From a virus: 64,000 nt of DNA. Position 1 is the first letter of the stretch, and every line of letters starts with the position of its first letter. The notes below the pieces were generated by a model. It was given only the letters and a program-made list of their open reading frames with translations, had not been told where the DNA came from and searched no databases. The position numbers and the translations under genes were made by a program. Of this stretch, positions 49,045 through 57,114 are shown one piece after another. The stretch spans positions 13,889-77,888 of the IMG/VR virus record IMGVR_UViG_3300034013_000676. One strand, given 5' to 3'.

Positions 49045-49477
49045 AAGAAACCAGAAAGCAATAGATAACTTAAAAGATAGTTACCTCAGTAAGGAAGAAA
49101 AGGCTCATCCTAAAACCAAAAGTGAAAGATTGAAACTAGGTTACAGCAGGGCCGAATGGAGAAAGGTAGAGAAGGCCCATAAGTTAATGGATGCTAAATT
49201 AGAGCAGTTAGTAACGGGGTTCATATTAGGCTTAAAAACACCGGAAGACCCGGAGATACCCAAGTCACAACATATTGATAATATGGTGGAAAAGTATGAT
49301 AAGCTCTGGAGGTACTTTATAAAGGAACACATCCTAAATATTTATCCAAAAGCTGACCAACCTCCCGTTAGGAATAGGTTATTAACTATCTTCTCAAGTT
49401 ACTCAGAAGAAATGAAAAAACAGGCTAGGGAGAAGGCCTTAGCCAAGATTAAAAATGAAGGTTTAAACGAGGTATAA
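49037..49477 (+). CDS. Hypothetical protein
   Basis: ORF. Confidence 0.6.
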   Translation: MGKRNQKAIDNLKDSYLSKEEKAHPKTKSERLKLGYSRAEWRKVEKAHKLMDAKLEQLVTGFILGLKTPEDPEIPKSQHIDNMVEKYDKLWRYFIKEHILNIYPKADQPPVRNRLLTIFSSYSEEMKKQAREKALAKIKNEGLNEV

Positions 49478-49480
49478 CTC

Positions 49481-49504
49481 GTGTTATTAAATTTATTATA
49501 TTTG
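49481..49504 (+). promoter_or_regulatory. Early promoter (4/16)
   Basis: GTGTT-N11-TATATTTG. Confidence 0.8.
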
Positions 49505-49529
49505 TACTTTAATTAAAAAATAATATTAT

Positions 49530-49931
49530 ATGATTGGGGATTTAAACCTAGATGAGTTCACAAATGAACAAAACCTTATTATCAGGCAACTTTGTCAAAT
49601 ACAATTAGAATCCTTAAAACGTATACAGGATAACAATGATTTATCTGGCGAAGATATCACGATGCTATTGATACAAGAGAATGTATCAAAGGAGGTATTC
49701 CTCGAAAATATATTAGACAAGGTCGAAAGGTATGAGGATTTACATGATGATCCCGAAAATTTAAAAGTCCTTGGTACAGATGATTTATCCATGTTTAGGC
49801 ACTTATTGACAAACGTGGAAAATATCTATAACGAGGATTATCCTAAGGCGGTATCTAATTTATGGAATAGGTTATTCCTTATTGAGCACACACAGAATCT
49901 AGTAAACTATGGTTTACTATTAAATAATTAG
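49530..49931 (+). CDS. Acidic hypothetical protein
   Basis: ORF after a promoter. Confidence 0.6.
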   Translation: MIGDLNLDEFTNEQNLIIRQLCQIQLESLKRIQDNNDLSGEDITMLLIQENVSKEVFLENILDKVERYEDLHDDPENLKVLGTDDLSMFRHLLTNVENIYNEDYPKAVSNLWNRLFLIEHTQNLVNYGLLLNN

Positions 49932-49956
49932 ATTAGGTAGATCTTTTTGACGGGTG

Positions 49957-49977
49957 GCCTCACACGAGGCATTTTTT
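49957..49977 (+). terminator. Short intrinsic terminator
   Basis: GCCTC-ACAC-GAGGC-ATTTTTT. Confidence 0.6.
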
Positions 49978-50002
49978 AATAAAACATTAAACCTAAATAA
50001 AA

Positions 50003-50476
50003 ATGAAAAACTTGACATTGACATTAGCACTATTACTAAGTATTACAGCTTTCAGCCAGGAAGCTAAGAGGGTAGGTATCGGAACTAAAGAACCCCAGGC
50101 AACTCTCCATATCGCTGGAGACCTTATAATTGAGGAAGCAGAAGTTGGGACGGTAACAGATACAATCCTGGTTATTAGAGCAGGTAAAGTTTATAAGGTC
50201 CCCTCATCTTATTATCAATACACACCTCCGACAAATTGCCCTATTTTGGTAACTGGACAAGGTCAAAGCAATGGTTACTATTTAAAATTTCAATCAAACG
50301 TTCCAATCGTAAACCCAAACGCTACACTCGTAATTCAGGGCAAAACTTTTCAGCCAGCGGGAACATGGGTAAGTGGCAATACTTACTTCTACTCTTACAC
50401 AAACACGAGTGGTTCTGCTTTAAATATTAATCAACCTTTTACTGTGAACTTTACGGGGCAAATTTGTCAATATTAA
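50003..50476 (+). CDS. Signal-peptide protein with VGIGT motif (Flavobacteriales-like)
   Basis: MKNLTLTLALLLSITAFS/Q signal peptide; RVGIGTKEPQATLHIAG. Confidence 0.7.
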   Translation: MKNLTLTLALLLSITAFSQEAKRVGIGTKEPQATLHIAGDLIIEEAEVGTVTDTILVIRAGKVYKVPSSYYQYTPPTNCPILVTGQGQSNGYYLKFQSNVPIVNPNATLVIQGKTFQPAGTWVSGNTYFYSYTNTSGSALNINQPFTVNFTGQICQY

Positions 50477-50557
50477 CGTTTTGCATCTTGTGATCAGGTG
50501 CGGACGATTAAACACAGACCATACAAAAATAGGCTAAACTTTAAATTAAAAACTAAA

Positions 50558-50809
50558 ATGAATAAACAAACCAAAAACCCGCACTTGCCACAAAATGCTG
50601 TTAATGGCAGTACTTTAATATCAGAATGCGATTTGTCAATTAGAACTAAAAAACTTTTTGAAAACGCTAAAATGGAAACTATTGACGATATTTTAAAAAC
50701 ACCATTAACCACATTGATGAGATTTAGGGGTTTTGGTAAAAGAAGTCTTTCTGAATTAAGACAATTTTTAATTAATAACAACCTTTCTTTTAACAGCCAT
50801 TCACAGTAA
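50558..50809 (+). CDS. Stand-alone RNA polymerase alpha C-terminal domain
   Basis: ISECDLSIRTKKLF...TIDDIL...LMRFRGFGKRSLSELRQFL. Confidence 0.85.
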   Translation: MNKQTKNPHLPQNAVNGSTLISECDLSIRTKKLFENAKMETIDDILKTPLTTLMRFRGFGKRSLSELRQFLINNNLSFNSHSQ

Positions 50810-50844
50810 ACTTCACTGGTCAGCAATGTAATTACTAACCAGTT

Positions 50845-50916
50845 GGGCCATTCGCTTAATAGGCTAAAGCAGAAGAGACTAATCTTCAGACATAGGTTCG
50901 ACTCCTATATGGTCCA
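50845..50916 (+). tRNA. tRNA-like RNA with aberrant 6-nt anticodon loop (GACTAA); identity undetermined
   Basis: Acceptor GGGCCAT/ATGGTCC, D-stem GCTT/AAGC with GG, anticodon stem GAAGA/TCTTC, T-arm ATAGG-TTCGACT-CCTAT; no encoded CCA. Confidence 0.75.
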
Positions 50917-50970
50917 CTACATTGATTGTCTCATAATCTTTCAATGGATTTTAATAATTAACTAGGGATT

Positions 50971-51005
50971 ACCCTGGACTTACTTAGGTAGGTTCGGGGT
51001 TTTTC
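50971..51005 (+). terminator. Intrinsic terminator abutting an early promoter
   Basis: ACCCTGGACTTAC-TTAG-GTAGGTTCGGGGT-TTTT. Confidence 0.7.
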
Positions 51006-51007
51006 TT

Positions 51008-51031
51008 GTGTTTTATTTTTATGTATATTTG
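51008..51031 (+). promoter_or_regulatory. Early promoter (5/16)
   Basis: GTGTT-N11-TATATTTG. Confidence 0.8.
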
Positions 51032-51059
51032 ATTATTAATAATTAAAATAAGACCCATT

Positions 51060-51305
51060 ATGCAAAAAACCCAATTATTACCCGTCTACAGCATTATGAC
51101 CAACATGGTAAATGTTCAAATCAACCAAAACAACAAAAACCAAGTTTTAGTTACATTAGCAACAGGTAAAATCCTTTCTATTGAATGTGACACACAAACT
51201 CAAGCTACCCTAATACATACCACCCTACATTATTACCCAGCTTGGAAGCAGTTGCACAATAATTCCCGAGAATTTAACTTTTCATTCACTATAACAATTA
51301 ACTAA
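51060..51305 (+). CDS. Hypothetical protein
   Basis: ORF after a promoter. Confidence 0.55.
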   Translation: MQKTQLLPVYSIMTNMVNVQINQNNKNQVLVTLATGKILSIECDTQTQATLIHTTLHYYPAWKQLHNNSREFNFSFTITIN

Positions 51306-51306
51306 C

Positions 51307-51534
51307 ATGCTAGTAAGAGAACTTATCAAGGAACTAAAACAATACGACCAGGACTTACCGGTACACTTCTCATACCCTTATGGTGATCACTGGAACACTA
51401 CAGTAGTCCCTGAGATAAACGATATAAGTGAGGACCAAGTAAAATATTCATCTTATTATAATAACACTGTCTTACCTAGAGATAATGAAGACGATAAAGA
51501 TGATTCATTTATTGATGTACTAATCTTAAGTTAA
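51307..51534 (+). CDS. Small acidic phage protein (MxVxELIxxL type)
   Basis: MLVRELIKELKQYDQDLPV. Confidence 0.65.
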   Translation: MLVRELIKELKQYDQDLPVHFSYPYGDHWNTTVVPEINDISEDQVKYSSYYNNTVLPRDNEDDKDDSFIDVLILS

Positions 51535-51540
51535 AAGGGT

Positions 51541-51753
51541 ATGAGCAGAAATAAAAAGAAAACAAGTAACGTATTATTCTTACCAACTGTAAAAAGTATA
51601 CTAGATTACTTTAAAAACAGCATGGGGATAGAGGGGTTACCAGATTTAGATGAAGCCATTAAAGTATTAAAACCCTTAAACGTTAAGTTCTCCCGATATA
51701 CGTACCTGGAGGCTCTTAAACAATGGGAGGAAATTAATAACACCGATGAATAA
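51541..51753 (+). CDS. Hypothetical protein
   Basis: ORF. Confidence 0.5.
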   Translation: MSRNKKKTSNVLFLPTVKSILDYFKNSMGIEGLPDLDEAIKVLKPLNVKFSRYTYLEALKQWEEINNTDE

Positions 51754-51982
51754 TAAAGGTATAAAGATAAGTAAAGAAAATAAGGCTCTTATAAATCGTA
51801 TGTATTTTGGACCTTATGAATTAGAGTGGCGGGGTAAGGATGGATTAATAGATAACCGAGATGAAACAATAGCTAAAAGGTTAGAGTTATCAACTCAATC
51901 AGTTTCAAATTATATAAGCCTTATATGTGAGAGGCACTTTGATAAGGTGACTAGATTAAGGAATAAGGAACGAGGTGAATAA
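51746..51982 (+). CDS. Small HTH protein
   Basis: RDETIAKRLELSTQSVSNYIS. Confidence 0.55.
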   Translation: MNNKGIKISKENKALINRMYFGPYELEWRGKDGLIDNRDETIAKRLELSTQSVSNYISLICERHFDKVTRLRNKERGE

Positions 51983-51984
51983 CA

Positions 51985-52008
51985 GTGTTTTAATAATTTG
52001 TATATTTG
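51985..52008 (+). promoter_or_regulatory. Early promoter (6/16)
   Basis: Identical over ~38 bp to copy 3. Confidence 0.8.
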
Positions 52009-52033
52009 AATAATGAAAAATAAATAATACCTT

Positions 52034-52159
52034 ATGAGAAATTACCTAAAACAAAACCTAACACCCATTCTAATTGGGTTTGTACTAGCATGGTTTATAA
52101 TTTATATAACCAATGCAATCTTGGACACTATTATAAAAATCACATTAATAGAAAACTAA
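52034..52159 (+). CDS. Small single-TM peptide (41 aa, not in the ORF track)
   Basis: MRNYLKQNLTPILIGFVLAWFIIYITNAILDTIIKITLIEN. Confidence 0.55.
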   Translation: MRNYLKQNLTPILIGFVLAWFIIYITNAILDTIIKITLIEN

Positions 52160-52162
52160 GTT

Positions 52163-52612
52163 ATGACAAGGATTAACGCAGGCATGCCAGTTAGATGGTT
52201 ATCAAATGAACACTTAATTGCTGAGCACAGGGAAATTAAACGTATCCCAAACGCTGTAAAAAATCGTAAGGTAAATTGGAACATACCTATACCTGACAAA
52301 TTCACATTAGGTAAAGGTCACGTTAGGTTCTTTTATGATAAAATCAAATACCTTGAAAGGCGTTACAAAAAGATATATGCTGAATGTAAAAAAAGAGGTA
52401 TAAATGTCCAATACTATGGCGAGGCATTTAATTTATATCAACCTGATTCCTTTTTTAAGGAAAAATATGGGTGTGATTGTAAAAATGACAGTTATGAGCT
52501 TATACAAAAAACTTATAAAGATTGGACACCAACACAGGAAGCATTTGAACTTATTAAACAACGAATAAAAGATAACAATGAAAAATCAGCAGCCAAACGT
52601 AATAAACTTTAA
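52163..52612 (+). CDS. denV: Pyrimidine-dimer DNA glycosylase (T4 endonuclease V-like)
   Basis: MTRIN, HLIAEHREIKRI, FTLGKGHVRFFYDK. Confidence 0.93.
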   Translation: MTRINAGMPVRWLSNEHLIAEHREIKRIPNAVKNRKVNWNIPIPDKFTLGKGHVRFFYDKIKYLERRYKKIYAECKKRGINVQYYGEAFNLYQPDSFFKEKYGCDCKNDSYELIQKTYKDWTPTQEAFELIKQRIKDNNEKSAAKRNKL

Positions 52613-52922
52613 AATAGGTAGGCAAAAGATAATAATGAAGGCGGGTGATTACCTTTATGATAATGGTGGATGTACTATGCTAAGCTCGGGTGACGGTAGG
52701 AACATGTCACATTATCGGACTTCTACTATGCAAAGTTCAAGGTCTACCCAACAACTTAATTATGTTGTACTAACAAAAAGGTTCCTTAAGAAACTAAAAT
52801 CAAACAACATCATAATAGATTGGAGTGAGGTAGATAGAACAGAATGCGGTAGGGTTAATTATAAAGCCATTATCACTCAGGAATGGATTGATAAAAATAA
52901 AGCTCTAATAGAATTATCCTAG
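52578..52922 (+). CDS. Hypothetical protein
   Basis: ORF. Confidence 0.55.
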   Translation: MKNQQPNVINFKIGRQKIIMKAGDYLYDNGGCTMLSSGDGRNMSHYRTSTMQSSRSTQQLNYVVLTKRFLKKLKSNNIIIDWSEVDRTECGRVNYKAIITQEWIDKNKALIELS

Positions 52923-52945
52923 TGTTCCCAAATTTAATAAATTTG
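52922..52945 (+). promoter_or_regulatory. Early promoter (7/16)
   Basis: GTGTT-N11-TAAATTTG. Confidence 0.8.
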
Positions 52946-52972
52946 TCTTATAAATAATTAAATAATGCTATT

Positions 52973-53416
52973 ATGAACACTTTTGAAACTCATCCCGATT
53001 TTGTTACTTCATTCACACCTTTACAAATGTTTGAAAAAGGTATATTTGGTAATGCCTATTTCCAAATCAACACAAAATTACCAACTGAATTTTTAGAGGG
53101 TTTACAAAAATTAGGTTATAAACATCTAAGGGTACCAAACATCCAAGCTAATTACTATGCTATAGATTGTGGCTCACCTTTATCATGGTGGCTTGAAAAA
53201 GGTTTAATTCACGAGGATGACCCAAATGGTTGGGTTGAATGGTATATTAAATTTTATTATGGCCGTAGGCATCCAGATGATAATCGTCAGATTGGTAGGT
53301 ATAAAGCCTTTATAGCAAGGCATACCGGTATTCTTCAAAAACACCCAAATTCCCAAAAAACCAAGCAAAATTTATTACAATGGGCCTGGGATTATTCTAA
53401 GCCCCTATATTTTTAA
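52973..53416 (+). CDS. Uncharacterised Trp/Arg-rich protein
   Basis: TP.QM...G.FG..Y, DP.GW..WY..FY.GRR..DD.RQI, QNLLQWA motif set. Confidence 0.7.
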   Translation: MNTFETHPDFVTSFTPLQMFEKGIFGNAYFQINTKLPTEFLEGLQKLGYKHLRVPNIQANYYAIDCGSPLSWWLEKGLIHEDDPNGWVEWYIKFYYGRRHPDDNRQIGRYKAFIARHTGILQKHPNSQKTKQNLLQWAWDYSKPLYF

Positions 53417-53430
53417 TAGGGGTTATTCTA

Positions 53431-53454
53431 GTGTTCTATTTTTTATTAAATTTG
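53431..53454 (+). promoter_or_regulatory. Early promoter (8/16)
   Basis: GTGTT-N11-TAAATTTG after the GCCCCTAT...ATAGGGGT hairpin. Confidence 0.8.
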
Positions 53455-53480
53455 TCTTATAATTATTAAAATCAAATATT

Positions 53481-53624
53481 ATGATAAAATCAATCCAGCG
53501 CTACCTAAAACAACGGAAGCAAAAAAGAGAGCTAAAAAAATTAATAACCCAAAACCGTGAGCAACGTATTAGGCTTAACCTCCTATACAAAAATGCTAAT
53601 CATGGTTTTACAGAAAAAATCTAA
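53481..53624 (+). CDS. Small basic protein (47 aa, not in the ORF track)
   Basis: MIKSIQRYLKQRKQKRELKK...; first ORF after the promoter. Confidence 0.55.
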   Translation: MIKSIQRYLKQRKQKRELKKLITQNREQRIRLNLLYKNANHGFTEKI

Positions 53625-53625
53625 C

Positions 53626-53856
53626 ATGGCAAAAAAGCATCACCAATTATTATGGGATATAGAGGGATCCTCTAACATAGCCCAAATTAGCTGGGAATCT
53701 AAAAGAGAGCAGCTAATAGTTCTATTCCATAACGGTAGCCAATACCTTTATGACGGAGTACCAAAAAAATTAGCAGAAGAAGTAGCAACTGCAGAATCAG
53801 TAGGTAAAGCCTTCAACCAACTGATAAAACCTAGATATGAAGGTGTAAAAATTTAA
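53626..53856 (+). CDS. KTSC-domain protein
   Basis: SSNIAQISW...LIVLFHNGSQYLYDGVP...AESVGKAFNQLIK. Confidence 0.88.
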   Translation: MAKKHHQLLWDIEGSSNIAQISWESKREQLIVLFHNGSQYLYDGVPKKLAEEVATAESVGKAFNQLIKPRYEGVKI

Positions 53857-53859
53857 GCT

Positions 53860-54594
53860 ATGGAAAATACAGACATCAAAAAAATCCACGACAGGATAAA
53901 TAAACTTATCCGATTGGAGGAAGGAGCCAAGGAAATTGGTTCAATGGAGGAAGCAGCAAATGCAGCAGCTCAAATCCAAAAGCTCTTAATGAAATACAAC
54001 ATCGACAGGAACCAAATTGAGCCTGAGAAACAAAGGGAAAATATCATTTCCAAGGATGTTGAAATTGGTAAAGAACATGGCTACAAAAAGACTGAGTCTG
54101 ATTGGATGTTAGTCCTAGCAAATCACGTATGTGTAAGTAATATGTGTAAATTGGTAGTTACCAATAAGAACACTATGGCTGCAGCGGGTGTAATTCGATT
54201 AACCATATTCGGAGAAAAGAATACCATTGAACAAGTTGAGTACTTAGTTTTACAACTGGTTATCAGGATTAAGAAGATGAGATTAGAAGCATACAAACAA
54301 CATGCTAAAAATGGGGGCAATGACAAAAAGAATGCCTACTTCAGAAGTTACTCCCGGGCATGTACAACTGAGATAGCTATTAAGTTCCAAGATATGGGTG
54401 AAGAGGTAGTCAAATCCTATAAAGGGGGCTCTCAATTAATGGTTGTAAATAACCAACTATTAGCCGAGGCAGTAGCTAATAAATTCGGACACACAAGGTC
54501 AGTAAATAGGACTACTAAATTAGGAAGTCATGCCGGAGCTTTAGATGGTAGGAGAGATGGCTCCAATATGAATATTCACAAGGGTATTAATTAA
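53860..54594 (+). CDS. DUF2786-domain protein
   Basis: KIHDRINKLIRL...EEAANAAAQIQKLLMKYNID. Confidence 0.8.
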   Translation: MENTDIKKIHDRINKLIRLEEGAKEIGSMEEAANAAAQIQKLLMKYNIDRNQIEPEKQRENIISKDVEIGKEHGYKKTESDWMLVLANHVCVSNMCKLVVTNKNTMAAAGVIRLTIFGEKNTIEQVEYLVLQLVIRIKKMRLEAYKQHAKNGGNDKKNAYFRSYSRACTTEIAIKFQDMGEEVVKSYKGGSQLMVVNNQLLAEAVANKFGHTRSVNRTTKLGSHAGALDGRRDGSNMNIHKGIN

Positions 54595-54604
54595 ACACTG
54601 TATT

Positions 54605-54952
54605 ATGAAAAAGTTTGAAAACGTACTGATAATCTTTGCTGTAAGTACAATATTAACTCTAGCAGCTGTCCTATCTATTAATGAGGAAAGGGATAAAAAG
54701 GTAAGAGCTATCAAAGTGGATACCATTATGATACCCGATGCGGTTAAATCATCTAGGGGTTATGACTATGAAAAAAAGGATTACATCTGGTACACAGATG
54801 AAGAGATCAGAACAATGAGAAGAGAGAATCCACGCCAAATAATCAGAGCACCCGGTAGGTATGTTCCCTCAGACCAAGAATTATTTGAGGAAAGGATGGA
54901 ACAGTATATCGAGGATAATCACGATGAGATAATAGAAAGGTATAAAGATTAA
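54605..54952 (+). CDS. Membrane-anchored hypothetical protein
   Basis: N-terminal TM helix. Confidence 0.6.
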   Translation: MKKFENVLIIFAVSTILTLAAVLSINEERDKKVRAIKVDTIMIPDAVKSSRGYDYEKKDYIWYTDEEIRTMRRENPRQIIRAPGRYVPSDQELFEERMEQYIEDNHDEIIERYKD

Positions 54953-54985
54953 CACAGAACCTCATAGTAATATAGAGTTATCCTA

Positions 54986-55009
54986 GTGTTATATTATTTA
55001 TTAAATTTG
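54986..55009 (+). promoter_or_regulatory. Early promoter (9/16)
   Basis: GTGTT-N11-TAAATTTG. Confidence 0.8.
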
Positions 55010-55034
55010 TCCTATAATTAAAAATGAAAAAATT

Positions 55035-55604
55035 ATGATTAAACACATCACACTAAACGAAAAGGCAGTCCAGTCTCTATCTGAGTTCCGAGAATCAGTT
55101 GAACACTTAGAAGAACTTGGCTCAACTGTAGTAACATTCAGAGATGAGACATTAGGAAAAGCATTTATGAAAATCCTCCATTATGCAGACATCACATTAA
55201 AAGGTGATTTTAACCCTACTGAAATTAGGTTATTTGACTTATCAGACCATATTGAAGATTGTAGATGGCTTCACAATCTACTTAAGGAAAAGGAATTTAT
55301 ATCCGAAACTGAGGTACCTTTTATGAACCACGTAATTAAAAGGAGGGAATCTGAGGGGATATCTTTAGCCCAGGCAGTAGTATATACTGTACATGATATC
55401 CCTTATGATGATGGTTTAGTAGATTTAATCCTAACTATCCTAGAACACATCAAAGCTGATAGAGCTAGGGTAGATAAACTCTTTCAATTCGATGATTACT
55501 ATGAGGACGTAAGATTTATCTTACAGAACTTTGAAAGGATTGATTCTATTATGGAGATAACTCAACCAATAAAAAGGAAAGTTGGTATTAGAAGAACTGT
55601 CTAA
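55035..55604 (+). CDS. Hypothetical protein
   Basis: ORF after a promoter. Confidence 0.65.
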   Translation: MIKHITLNEKAVQSLSEFRESVEHLEELGSTVVTFRDETLGKAFMKILHYADITLKGDFNPTEIRLFDLSDHIEDCRWLHNLLKEKEFISETEVPFMNHVIKRRESEGISLAQAVVYTVHDIPYDDGLVDLILTILEHIKADRARVDKLFQFDDYYEDVRFILQNFERIDSIMEITQPIKRKVGIRRTV

Positions 55605-55630
55605 AAGTCACAGAAAATCCCATTAATCAA

Positions 55631-55657
55631 GAACCCCTTTAATTAGGGGTTTTTTTT
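55631..55657 (+). terminator. Intrinsic terminator abutting an early promoter
   Basis: AACCCCT-TTAATT-AGGGGTTTTTTTT. Confidence 0.8.
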
Positions 55658-55681
55658 GTGTTCTCAAATTTATTAAATTTG
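55658..55681 (+). promoter_or_regulatory. Early promoter (10/16)
   Basis: GTGTT-N11-TAAATTTG. Confidence 0.8.
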
Positions 55682-55713
55682 TCCTATAAATAATTAATTA
55701 AAAACTCTATAAA

Positions 55714-56043
55714 ATGGACACACACTTTTATCAAGCAGACCAAGGGGATGAGCATATCCACAATATGGTCGAAACCCACAAATCAGAGGAGGCTAAAACC
55801 GAAATGGATACTATATCATCACCCTTATATGATGATGTCACACATCCTGACGGTAGTGACTCAAATATACCTTATTGGGTAAGAAAAAAAATAGCTGAAA
55901 TCGATGAATTAGCTAATGAGGTTATTAGTTTCTTCCAGGAGGAATATGACCACTCTGTACCTGAGACACATGAGTTAATGGACTCACTAATTGGTGTTCA
56001 ATTTAATATAAGTGTTATCCAGGAAAACGAAGGTTGGATTTAA
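55714..56043 (+). CDS. Acidic hypothetical protein
   Basis: ORF after a promoter. Confidence 0.6.
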   Translation: MDTHFYQADQGDEHIHNMVETHKSEEAKTEMDTISSPLYDDVTHPDGSDSNIPYWVRKKIAEIDELANEVISFFQEEYDHSVPETHELMDSLIGVQFNISVIQENEGWI

Positions 56044-56074
56044 TAAAAAAAAGCTTTATTACTGGGTAGCTCCA

Positions 56075-56098
56075 GTGTTCTAATATTTTGTATATTTG
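56075..56098 (+). promoter_or_regulatory. Early promoter (11/16)
   Basis: GTGTT-N11-TATATTTG. Confidence 0.8.
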
Positions 56099-56146
56099 TC
56101 CTATAATTAATTAAAAATAAATTTAATCATTTTAAACTCAATCACT

Positions 56147-56575
56147 ATGAAAGCTTCAACAAAAGTTTCCGACAAAGTAGCACCAACTACAAAACCAACA
56201 ACCAAAAAGGTTGTAACTAAGTCAAATGACAAAACCGCTAAAACAGTTCCAACTGACAAGGTTAAAGTCAAAACTGGCACAGGCACAAAAGAGAAATCCA
56301 CAACCCTTAAAAAATCAGAGGTGGACTCTAAAAACATCAAGGATACCGTTAAGCAGGCGGTAGTATCCCAAAGGGAAATCAAATACAAATACCCAGAGGA
56401 TATCATCAACGACCCCGCCAAAAAGAAAACCTTTAGACAGGTGGCTCGTAACAAAATGAAAAACCTTGAAAATGATTTGGCCAAGGTTGCAAATCGCGAT
56501 TCTAAGGAATGGAGAATTGCCAATAGAAAACTTAAAGCCTACAAAACTGAGGTACTTATGGTACCAGAAGCTTAG
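56147..56575 (+). CDS. Lys/Thr-rich basic protein with YP-module
   Basis: KYKYPEDIINDPAKKKTFRQVARNK. Confidence 0.7.
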   Translation: MKASTKVSDKVAPTTKPTTKKVVTKSNDKTAKTVPTDKVKVKTGTGTKEKSTTLKKSEVDSKNIKDTVKQAVVSQREIKYKYPEDIINDPAKKKTFRQVARNKMKNLENDLAKVANRDSKEWRIANRKLKAYKTEVLMVPEA

Positions 56576-56590
56576 TAGTATGACTCTCAT

Positions 56591-56634
56591 TATAAATCCC
56601 AACCTAAGTCAATAAAAACAGGTTGGGATTTATA
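56591..56634. terminator. 15-bp stem hairpin before a promoter
   Basis: TATAAATCCCAACCT/AGGTTGGGATTTATA. Confidence 0.65.
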
Positions 56635-56636
56635 TA

Positions 56637-56660
56637 CTGTTCTATTAATTTGTATATTTG
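56637..56660 (+). promoter_or_regulatory. Early promoter (12/16, CTGTT variant)
   Basis: CTGTT-N11-TATATTTG. Confidence 0.75.
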
Positions 56661-56682
56661 TCCTATAATTAAAAATATTAAT

Positions 56683-56886
56683 ATGAGTACTCTAAAACCA
56701 ACACCGCGTAAGGCCACACTCTATGACACACTAGTCATACTATCCATCGGCTTCATGATTAGATTTTTTAACCTAATCTGGATGGCACTTCTATTTATCC
56801 TATTCATGGTATTCCTAATACCCATGCTTATTAAGCCTAAACTGATTGTTAAATACCAGGATTTACTGGACAAAGGAGTACTATAA
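56683..56886 (+). CDS. Small membrane protein
   Basis: Long hydrophobic stretch. Confidence 0.6.
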   Translation: MSTLKPTPRKATLYDTLVILSIGFMIRFFNLIWMALLFILFMVFLIPMLIKPKLIVKYQDLLDKGVL

Positions 56887-57113
56887 TGGCTACATCAAAA
56901 CTAAAACCAGAAAACATATCCAAGCTCCAAATGGAAGGCAATTGGGTAAAATCAGATGAGCAGGTTAAAAGGTTATCAGCCAACCAGGCCTTAATCTTAG
57001 CAAAACAACAGGAACGGGAAAAGATTGACTCAGGCGATTATGAGTTTGTCACAGTTCTAGGTACACATGCCTTCTCAAAACCTTACAGAACCCTACGTAA
57101 AAAACGAAAATAA
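56886..57113 (+). CDS. Hypothetical protein
   Basis: Coupled ORF. Confidence 0.55.
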   Translation: MATSKLKPENISKLQMEGNWVKSDEQVKRLSANQALILAKQQEREKIDSGDYEFVTVLGTHAFSKPYRTLRKKRK

Positions 57114-57114
57114 C

